Virus record (IMG/VR): IMGVR_UViG_3300037961_005428
Span: 32,500 to 96,499 of that record
Length of the DNA: 64,000 nt
Source of the DNA: a virus
Reading direction: 5' to 3' (one strand)
The notes beneath the pieces are model-generated. The model was not told where the DNA came from. It made no database searches and saw nothing but the letters and a program-made list of their open reading frames with translations. Position 1 is the stretch's first letter; every line of letters begins with the position of its first letter. The position numbers and the translations under genes were made by a program. Shown in pieces: positions 58,101 to 64,000 of this stretch.

Positions 58101-61100
58101 CTTAACGAAGTGTTCACCAATGTGGCTGGTGTGTCAATGGGACACGCCTCTTTGCCGACAACGCACGCCAGTGGCTGTGTTTGGCACATGGACGGAGGGC
58201 ACCATCCCGGCGGTCACTTTTTGGACAATCACATCGTTCGTAACATCAAGCACCCTAAATCAACTTCACGACTGGCAACAGGCTCGGGTGCATCACAGAA
58301 TCCATCGGTGTTCCGTATCGCTTCCGCATTGGCCAAAGCATACCTTAGCACATACAGTTCCGAGGGCGACATAGAGGCTAACGACAATGTGTTCGTGGTT
58401 GATGCTACACGCTGTCAAAATGCAGAAGAGTTGGCCGCCGTTGTCGCAACTTCAATCAATACCTTCCCCGGAACAGAACCACTCAAAGCAATCGGTGGAA
58501 CCTTCTTACCGTCTATGCAGCATGCTGCTAAACAAGACCGCTACGGCTGGGTGACATTGGATGTAGTTCAGACTACGGGTTACACTGAGCATGCAGCAGG
58601 TCCAACAGCAGCCACGCTGACAATGACATCTGCTATTCCTACGACATTACCTCAATACGGCTGGCTAAGGATTAGCGATGGGGCTATATCCGGATTTGCC
58701 CCTTATGTTTCATACACAGGTTCAACTTTCACACTTGGCACCAACTCATTTACTTCCAACAGTAACATTGTGGACCCAACTACCAAAGCGGCCATAGCCG
58801 CACCATCTGTCAACGGACCTAATGTCAAAGCATATATTTGGACCAAAGCCGGAACGCATCGCTACAACAATTCCAACGAATCCATCAACGAACGCACTCA
58901 AGTACACTTTAACGGACTGATGGATGCAGTAGACCGGACGAAACCAATTGGTGCAGTCGGGTGGGCAGGAGAGCGGTATTCGTACCTCAACTCACTGGAA
59001 GTAGGCACCACCTCTACTTTTGCTGCCGGACTTGGTGCATGGCACCCGTTCTTGGGATTCTCCCCATATGGCAGTGCCGAGTCATGTTTGGGTACAGTTT
59101 CGCCCCACGGCTCTATAGACACCATTACTTCGTTGTCATCGGAAAGTTGTGTTCATGGTCTTGCTTCTCGGCACTTGATTGCGGTGACCCATGAAAGTGA
59201 ACTACCACTTATCGCAAAGACTGACCGAGACGGTATCATCGCCATGGGAGACTGGTTGGATGTGAAGCGAAGTGCCACGCTTGCTAATGCCGGTACGGTT
59301 GCTTGGAACACTGTCAAGGCACACAACAAAGACCGCTATGTTTCGCATGCCACCGCAGGACCTCATATTGAGGCCGTTATGGTCAACACAACTACTTCAT
59401 TCCCGCAAAAGGCTGCCTCTTATCCAGCAGTTGGCACAGAAGCCTATTGGCATTCACGAGTCACAGCCGCCTCTCACATCAGTCGTGGTGACGCCTGTCA
59501 CAGCCCGACGGGTGATTTGTTTTGGGATAAATCCGTCGTGCCAGCCCGCATCAACCATGAAGACAGTGCGACCTATGGCGTTGAGTGTACGGGCGTGACG
59601 ACCAAGACACAATATTACAGCACAAGTGATGGACTGTACAAGTATTACGATGGGCGACAGGCTGCTCGTAACTTCCTTGAAGAGCATGTTGTGTGGAAGC
59701 GAATGGACGGCGGTAACCTCACGCTACCTGCGAGCAACGCTCGTGGGCTGGGCATGACGCCATGGGTCGTACGCAAAGACAGTTCTACTTACAAAACGGT
59801 CGGCGAGAAAATTCTTGGCAATAATCGCTTTTCGTTTGAAACAACGAACAAGGCTATGCTCCCTCTCATCCAAGCACAAGAATTGAGTCACCCGCAGTTG
59901 GAACTCAACTACCCACTTGTAGAAAGCGCACTCAACATACCCAACGAAGAGTTGCAGTTCCAAAGCCTACAAGTCGTTGACGACACCGGGCAAGAGCACC
60001 GATTGGAAGGCGGAAGCCCACTTGGCACCATCATTTACGACTTCCGTCATGTCAGCGACCGGGACCTTGAGGGCTTGGCTCCTTCACTTGCCGGCGACGG
60101 CGTCTCGCCCAACATGCGCATCCGTCTACCACTTGCGAACGAGATTCCGGGCAACATCATCGTGCGACCCGGCTTTGACCGCATACAGGGCTATCAAACC
60201 GAAACGATGGGGTCGGGCGGTATCATGCACCCCTCACAAGGTGAAGGGGCTGTTAAGGACACCTTTGCCAACACTTACGACAATCCTCGTCTTTGGCCGA
60301 CTTGGGAGAACAACGGATGGGAGCACTTGTCACAAGACGGTGTGGATGTAAGCAATGACCGACTTGCATTCCCCAATAGTTCAACTCACGGTTGGCAACA
60401 GCATACGGACAATGCCCCTCTCAAAACAGCATACGAACCACATGACCGTGCTTTGCATTTCCATGTGACGAGAATGGGCGCAACGATGACACACCGGTAC
60501 GATGTGGACGAATTGACTTTCAGTGCTTATGATGAAGCGAATAACGAAATTGATGTGACTTCTACACCCGAAGACGCTACATGGATTGATGCCAACGAAA
60601 AGTCAAGTGGTCGCTGGTTCTTGCGAGTTTATGACCCTGCTACGAATGAGGGTGTGCTGGCCTCTTACACTGGTAAAGGTACGAACAAATTCACAGGCGT
60701 TGTCGTTTCTCCCGACTTTGTGTCATTCGTGACAGGAAAGAGTGGCCTCAAAGTGGTGCCGTCGTATTACCTACCGGCTGGTAGCACCCGATTCTTTGCT
60801 GCTCGCCGTTTGCGTGACCATACCGAATACAGCGGTGCCAGTCCGGACATGCTCACCATTGATTGGCCAAATATCGGAGCCACTCCAGCAACACAGATAC
60901 TTGCTCCTAAATTGACACCGATGCCAATCCCTCGTATGGGTCACCATTATGTCAACGCCACCATGGCAATGATGCCGGGCCATTATGCTCACCCGGCTTA
61001 CCAGCGATTGTACGACTTACATAGGTCGGCTTCTGCTACATCAGTTATTTCGGTTGAAGAAGAGCAATCCGATACAGCCAACCGACCCCATCGTGACCCA

Positions 61101-64000
61101 TTGATTTGGTTCTCCGGTGCGACTGCTTTGGTGTCGCCATCGGACATACATGGTGGTGCGTTCACGCTACTCACAGAAACAAAGTTGAAGTTTGAAGGCT
61201 ACGGTATTGCCGCTTCTATAGACGCAAACAAAACGGGTGGACACAGCATAGTTTTGGAGGCAGCCGGAACTTACACTCAAAACAATCACTTCCCCGACCC
61301 TATGGAAGTAGGTGCTTACCAAATCGTCATCCAGCCAAATCTGTTCAAACAGCAATTCAAGGGCTATCATCGCAACGGACCTGCTAACGATGTACCGGAT
61401 GGGTCTGTCATTGAACTCACGGGTCAACAGGTCAACACGGTCATCGCTATTGAGCACTCTACTAGCGGAGACGGTGGTTACACGCTTGTTCTTGCAGAAG
61501 CCACCATGGCCGATGTGCGTGGTTGTGAAATTCTTCTCAACGAACTGATGTTGGACATTGAACCCGATGCAGGCAGCCAATTCACCAACTTACCTCCATT
61601 GGCACTCTACAACCCCTTGGGCGTAGAGGAGTCTACTTCACCTGCATTCAGTCGCCGCTCGTTACCGTACCACCCGAACATGTTTGTAGAAACCACGCCC
61701 GGTTTCACCACCACTGTTCCGTGGTGGGCTCAGTTGCACAAAGACGGTGCAAGAGCGGCAGCAGCGACTTACTTCCGCCACTTAGAATGGCACACACCCG
61801 ACCACTACTATCAATTGAACAGGGCTACATTTGGTGCAGTCGGTGCCCAAATCACGCTGGCAGGTTACCCCACTTGCTATCCCGACATCTATGCCGAGCA
61901 CTTCCGTATTCGTTCGCTGAATCCAAACACCCGTGCTACGGCCAAGAATCAATCGGGTCAAACAATCACGGTAGATAATGCGGAACTGTTCCCTGTAGAC
62001 CCCTATTACGGTGAGCAATTGGAGTACACAGACTCCAATGGAGAGCGTCAACTGGCTACTTACACGCATCGTGTAGGAACACTGGCTCATGCTACACTTG
62101 GCTCACCTGTACAATTTGCAGGCGTCACTGCCGTCACGCCGAACTTTTGGACGAACCTAAGTGTCAGTGGGTCGGGCACTATCGTCAAATTGACTGGGCC
62201 TTATGCTAACCGGTTTGCCGATGAAATCTACACAGATTCAACCAAGAGTATCGCTACTCGCAACCTCTTGCAGACTTACAGCGGTACTCGTGACACGAAC
62301 AGCCTGCACCTTCCCGACGCATTCCTATGCATGTGGCACCCGAACCTTGGTCGCCCGTTCACTTATTACTCGGACGATTCGTCCCGCTCATTCTACACTA
62401 AGGCCGGTGATGTAGACAGTCCTGTTCTCAAGAAAGGCTTGAATAACATTCCCGAGCATTATGAAACAGTTCATTACAACGATTTCTTCTACGCCGCTTC
62501 AAAGGGGCCGTTTGCACTGGGCATGAAGTGGCTTAAGCCACAGTATGAAGAAACCGATTCATTCTCACTACAAGCGGTGTCTAATTCGGTAGGAACAACG
62601 GCTAACCGAAAAGGTATCAACTTCCAGCAAATCAATGCCACGAGCACATGGATAACAGGTATGCGCGTAGTTGGGGATGACATCATTGTTTCCAACCGTG
62701 GTAACAACAACGATTACGATACTGACAATGTACTTTTCTCTAAAATTGATATTGCGAATACTGATGGGATTCACGACCAACAAAGTGGAGGTCTTGGAGA
62801 TTCGGACCTCAACAGTTGCGATGGATTTGATATTGACCCCAGTGGTACGAAGATGATTGTTACAGACTTCCATGGCGGCGGCATACGAAGTGCGACACTT
62901 GCGTCTGCATTTGATGTGTCAAGCACTTTCACTTTCACTGGTAGTAGGAATTTGTCAAGTCAAACAGGTATTCGTGCCGCTGCTTGGAACGGAGACGGTA
63001 CCAAGTATTTCGTAGGATATGCCACTACTCTGCGCCAATTCACTGCTGGTACTGCTTATACAGTGGCCAGCGGTGATACCGAAGGCTCATCGGCTACGCT
63101 GACCGGCACCATCAGTGACATATTATTCAACTCGGATGGAACTAAAATGTGGGTGAGTGATGCAACTGGATATGTCCGAGAGTACACCTTATCTACACCT
63201 TACGATACCTCTACTACCAGTTTGGCTGTGACACTTGACTTGCGTACTTACTTCCTTAACAGAAGTGCGTCTGTGTCTTCAAATACCAGTGATGCTACTC
63301 CTTGGGTTTCCGGTATTGACTGGAGTGATGACGGGACGAAACTCTATGTTGCTACGCTATTTGGTGTTATTGATGATAGCAAAATGACCAACAACCCAAG
63401 CCCGTCAACTGTCAATGGGGTAGACGGAGCCAGTACCACCAATCGTTTCCCGATAATGGAAATCAGCATTTCCACTACCAGTCCTGTAGGGGGCACTGGT
63501 GCTTCTTTCTCTGCAAGTGAACTGGACTCCATATCGGCACTTTCGCACCAAGGTGGTACAATTGGTTCGGACAAGTTCAACTTCGCTGGTTATTGGCCCG
63601 GTGGCTCTCGTGGTGGCGCTGGTTCCAGTCGCCTTGACGGATTCCTTGAGGCACTGATTGGTTGGGGCGGCAAGTTGTATGGAGTTGATTGTGTAGGCTT
63701 CCGTGACAACAGCGGTGTGGAAGAGCGTACTTATGCGCAAATGACCAGCGATTCAGACGATGCACGCAACTATTGCTTTGGCTATCGTATGGCGGTACGC
63801 CAGCCAATGAATCGCCCTCGTTGGTCACCGTATGTCCGTGGCTACTTGGAGGTCGCCAACAGCAACGCTTTGCTCGGTTACTACCACGGACCGTTTGTGC
63901 AGCAGGACAGCAAGACGGATGGCTGGAAGGCTGGTACAGATTACCCAGCCTCCTACACAGGTATTCTTGAGCGGTTGACGCAAATCAGTGCGCTGTTCAA
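49125..64000 (+). CDS. Giant tail/adhesin protein, more than 4950 aa, truncated by window; N-terminal LamG-like domain and beta-propeller repeats near 62.6-63.4 kb
   Basis: Starts MSLLMKPSHALFFNG...FTLEAWV (TGATG overlap); ORF track lists no closed ORF in this frame; frame still open at the end (GILERLTQISALF). Confidence 0.88.
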   Translation, partial: MSLLMKPSHALFFNGITDGVTVPRMNFRSNFGELHEGSDLNNQSPLNSLSSFTLEAWVIPDSGGIVWEQENICRLIVGSPSSPGPAHFQVQLRNANNGAVNTFTLSTANSISGPDGQIAYWDGITFPQAGDDVHDAFNAQDKGKNDLTALNLGHRELLLVTATFDRRVLSLAINGTVVAQRQLKEDHELVLYPTALSIGGTGGEYRGVIEAVHWMRGASDAASRFEMPIKSDSTIGLWRFEEPVEPFTTILDLPSISAQTGASSSISIGTTLAQTLVDAFTGKTGETSVTLTTSPQSTGNYAVTRTTSAGVTSTVSIPHVPYNLLINPLGYNNDTGIPNREAPERMRITAVDASAGTMTVESIHLDFASNASTGRRGALMAHSAGIGVIVTGDCLVDSGADNPNQKVGTGTQFSHRQGQVLIDESDLQNHGIMFSTTMAITDNDYSKFSATTRMDDKFLIGHTGRHTLNHVAGHPFMGMLPKANAAFVEQSVDAVAQVMEATFTGRYGQLKDVVVAGSEVAFHDEVGDFSVAQATFTSTPTQIVENGMAGIADAQRGLLAIGGANFDAEPFALKGLQDTEPTGAEHTRHLTPSSEPRVAILKLPTLATHDYAPFVQVHYEAIDFGGTGLQYAATGRLTANYSSSVITLQSTKAFGKDTGTTTADKVFIGSEAAGASSITVTISHSPATLTFSSAPTSAFQTAAVTGAIVRTTLDGSALIVNKTVPKASVEVTSGTRVLDIMHTDIAAGTAVLYAPGGVIEFDASSDFYFGDGDLIGDDTEGTLHEGSLDETKSPKNYLPSHSSDSPQTAPSIIPTAFYDDNSRPSYFHKLIVGPSEVEDLGAEVDTNGNFKAKFARNRRTRTGVLVNNAGGYAASTTNFTVSGVDATTVFAVGTPLYSLYGQKLGEISALSATSISISSGSTAAVVHREELFYQPIRQSRSNSNQGTPINEVFDIISHRGEGSRVRLVVQPSDRSRFNQLSKMLTLEEDSTTPNKVTVEYVMSRGKVLDFQSTAVGNDITLRAHGLVADALSNSVNVKGDGAPDSFVVKEIMPGAPVVTMTMGGPGQGAVNTKPTFSPSAVSRLGWSLRRDCVTKVSTLGSTTINVVPLNNSATDLASWGTYCFPQAGRIYLKQPASTDTGTDNVFASAEYASKTGSVFTFASGTGHRGSGKFLDFDGRELDSFAAWKTAVAVVVGDNLHVDDKFDEGAVVHDGTTVNDRMFQSLNSVQHDYQLGTQYASTRAMVEIPLFKDFFFDNERDGIFPGPDNSMKLHLDATYTAPSWSPNPVGRRPVSVSPEDPAIHSAYSVSVADKSHREGTTVSAEYDAANRRIYVTNFNVFASLPSIPVSVANINGALRLRTAYMANGEWVMYSGVASGTPGYLEVAGNAAADDNWAFSSGFKRELQVGVQIMPPLDSENLNYKAVADNPLVSSAGYEGRDSFYFDRANAMTQGGNIDYGLKQYVSAVEFRAGPTINPHLARIKNKRAKGIVSSFSSPTLVLEDGSDFPLDITANSDYAYRVRYYDTTASAFKHAHYNTRTDNSLALVSIDSGFNPPAGTEITLIDVHTTTSKFPEVSTEYFLNTAWANPYCPGGLRAGDTVWMNMHYTNPHATEGLFCKSRGTLNEAEVWEGFLGGEGSLAAAPRSSLPMENFLIGNSCLETARNFVQHVNKTIELNYESLGLSADIPVVAYLDPYQCTEEHARVLLYDVAHDREFIAFQDLHMQVQSSPAAVKIGTDTQGAGTHDNDQRNSGIDVAAGFPSQNKHLASTTPSEFVEASMVHNSTWNANVAIGSHATGYHEQTPQVSSLIPRTQEAVINTTSANKLHQQILKDSLERATFFDTPDGTRVIPAFLSMKGIRASALDLSTHEEDRLQHLPHWTNMDFVRRLVIDLGEVGVKEGVTDIEAAAKEVVRLINQAGAKNGRTHARRPADQYLGEGERFDLGKGETSVNTGRIKDPTARHQHADFAATGSTHDPAPFWNKDTAFGSHDRGTHMGYMRAHLGRIVTDEDGKEGYSVVIHSTVPGASGRNFCVWLDASRAQAPYRPEFLIGHGGRFRNYWCQPSEKDGENMHPAPMPINRFGRPFAPITTLREYLPVEEPSDVYRNNLDFGPEIHSSSPLNTESSSEHTTGRSANTVLDGNFEPKANGQVIVNGLRVGSQAVGRINFGGLTQAGIPGWAPDCSRWGYGPDGENERFDHIYGDTNHVGVKQHGLVNQSASSYIPDDEIRPDKIGNGQMYGIRLADHRGKSHTVRFVYRQFGESFAGDLTHLPETLDDEVVIYFDDRDVGQGGFTVGKHMAGKGDVNGRYTAGTKSSFKGNLWNNYNSPAVGISISVEKDGSNDNLKFTLASPYDNGGSFTHTDILGYLGLPDSGLIQLSDVAGTGNNGEVYYYTSRSHEGKAGIGGSNEHFLYGVKSIPSAYTSGKVTRIMSARMNFTSVLTDEVIAAAVNFAINMDDPNTDDVGATTFDCTGLYAPDGRTLAEWGVKSSAVRIKAYSAKDRVVPLKHFFESSLTPDLGIQASVADAELASVTDSMRIDCGYLPKTLLTITTKFRGPNANTATPVLVDSQNNIVSTGLWRQNLRGDNFYRLPGDRIVPMVNSPMIEIATINTGTPHIETDNSNNELLFLTLTPASNDSNSWGNQVVLWLGDENWARVQSTAGATSHYHATIVSHSTNFLTTAAVGDVLVKQNDIANSRYLQGIRTKGSKHGEPFLYFRGGKPSPDRWVPLYFGGGFSGVTVDINDGTENDYSEFYTHPYADGPTGASGMQNVGEIAGSYALLDANAMLAMFPGTPYLNQHNGRNHMPFFNQDAMLSPDLVAGSSAMQSNTGVTYTGGGFTVNCARPSPLVIRFGHPHARYDSRPQAADSTTYLVFGPGQAVPHNFASFEPQLSNIIETGNGYSAVPTDHPVSGVSHLPNTITHGDASIQGFGARLPPTKEYQKTNVQGFNFILNWEPTKGSPNATYYGQSAGDGRYYQSQLGASNPPAHAHPLNEVFTNVAGVSMGHASLPTTHASGCVWHMDGGHHPGGHFLDNHIVRNIKHPKSTSRLATGSGASQNPSVFRIASALAKAYLSTYSSEGDIEANDNVFVVDATRCQNAEELAAVVATSINTFPGTEPLKAIGGTFLPSMQHAAKQDRYGWVTLDVVQTTGYTEHAAGPTAATLTMTSAIPTTLPQYGWLRISDGAISGFAPYVSYTGSTFTLGTNSFTSNSNIVDPTTKAAIAAPSVNGPNVKAYIWTKAGTHRYNNSNESINERTQVHFNGLMDAVDRTKPIGAVGWAGERYSYLNSLEVGTTSTFAAGLGAWHPFLGFSPYGSAESCLGTVSPHGSIDTITSLSSESCVHGLASRHLIAVTHESELPLIAKTDRDGIIAMGDWLDVKRSATLANAGTVAWNTVKAHNKDRYVSHATAGPHIEAVMVNTTTSFPQKAASYPAVGTEAYWHSRVTAASHISRGDACHSPTGDLFWDKSVVPARINHEDSATYGVECTGVTTKTQYYSTSDGLYKYYDGRQAARNFLEEHVVWKRMDGGNLTLPASNARGLGMTPWVVRKDSSTYKTVGEKILGNNRFSFETTNKAMLPLIQAQELSHPQLELNYPLVESALNIPNEELQFQSLQVVDDTGQEHRLEGGSPLGTIIYDFRHVSDRDLEGLAPSLAGDGVSPNMRIRLPLANEIPGNIIVRPGFDRIQGYQTETMGSGGIMHPSQGEGAVKDTFANTYDNPRLWPTWENNGWEHLSQDGVDVSNDRLAFPNSSTHGWQQHTDNAPLKTAYEPHDRALHFHVTRMGATMTHRYDVDELTFSAYDEANNEIDVTSTPEDATWIDANEKSSGRWFLRVYDPATNEGVLASYTGKGTNKFTGVVVSPDFVSFVTGKSGLKVVPSYYLPAGSTRFFAARRLRDHTEYSGASPDMLTIDWPNIGATPATQILAPKLTPMPIPRMGHHYVNATMAMMPGHYAHPAYQRLYDLHRSASATSVISVEEEQSDTANRPHRDPLIWFSGATALVSPSDIHGGAFTLLTETKLKFEGYGIAASIDANKTGGHSIVLEAAGTYTQNNHFPDPMEVGAYQIVIQPNLFKQQFKGYHRNGPANDVPDGSVIELTGQQVNTVIAIEHSTSGDGGYTLVLAEATMADVRGCEILLNELMLDIEPDAGSQFTNLPPLALYNPLGVEESTSPAFSRRSLPYHPNMFVETTPGFTTTVPWWAQLHKDGARAAAATYFRHLEWHTPDHYYQLNRATFGAVGAQITLAGYPTCYPDIYAEHFRIRSLNPNTRATAKNQSGQTITVDNAELFPVDPYYGEQLEYTDSNGERQLATYTHRVGTLAHATLGSPVQFAGVTAVTPNFWTNLSVSGSGTIVKLTGPYANRFADEIYTDSTKSIATRNLLQTYSGTRDTNSLHLPDAFLCMWHPNLGRPFTYYSDDSSRSFYTKAGDVDSPVLKKGLNNIPEHYETVHYNDFFYAASKGPFALGMKWLKPQYEETDSFSLQAVSNSVGTTANRKGINFQQINATSTWITGMRVVGDDIIVSNRGNNNDYDTDNVLFSKIDIANTDGIHDQQSGGLGDSDLNSCDGFDIDPSGTKMIVTDFHGGGIRSATLASAFDVSSTFTFTGSRNLSSQTGIRAAAWNGDGTKYFVGYATTLRQFTAGTAYTVASGDTEGSSATLTGTISDILFNSDGTKMWVSDATGYVREYTLSTPYDTSTTSLAVTLDLRTYFLNRSASVSSNTSDATPWVSGIDWSDDGTKLYVATLFGVIDDSKMTNNPSPSTVNGVDGASTTNRFPIMEISISTTSPVGGTGASFSASELDSISALSHQGGTIGSDKFNFAGYWPGGSRGGAGSSRLDGFLEALIGWGGKLYGVDCVGFRDNSGVEERTYAQMTSDSDDARNYCFGYRMAVRQPMNRPRWSPYVRGYLEVANSNALLGYYHGPFVQQDSKTDGWKAGTDYPASYTGILERLTQISALF

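Noticed and set aside
49347-63970. Many short ORFs suggesting a gene-poor region or a recoded genetic code
   Set aside because: All are off-frame shadows of the single giant ORF; the standard code reads well throughout

Overview
This is a 64-kb segment of a tailed archaeal virus genome (HK97-type head). TATA-box promoters ahead of leaderless starts, GGAGG/GAGGTGA Shine-Dalgarno sites and the gene content best fit a Marine Group II (Poseidoniales) 'magrovirus'; this assignment is inference. Layout: (1) 1-5.3 kb, leftward array of small, translationally coupled early-type genes with repeated junction sequences; (2) 5.3-6.06 kb, strand-switch region with hairpins and phased direct repeats; (3) 6.06-13.6 kb, array of unrelated proteins that nearly all carry the same ~13-aa motif MxP(M/L)(D/E)xAWx(I/V/L)LK(A/Q/G); (4) 13.7-17.0 kb, operon of membrane proteins around an Arf/Rab-like small GTPase; (5) 17.4-40.5 kb, head module: TerS-like, TerL, LAGLIDADG fusion, portal, a 1943-aa protein with a degenerate ligase fold, prohead protease/scaffold and MCP; (6) 40.5-64 kb, neck and tail: adaptor, tail tube, frameshifting chaperone, a tiny tape-measure-like gene, two paralogous baseplate genes and a giant ORF (>4950 aa) that runs off the window and is missing from the ORF track. 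The best candidates for a new system are the shared leader (a putative capsid-targeting and Lys-cleavage tag on variable injected cargo, including an ART-like protein) and the GTPase-membrane operon. All family calls come from motifs recognised by eye; no searches were run.
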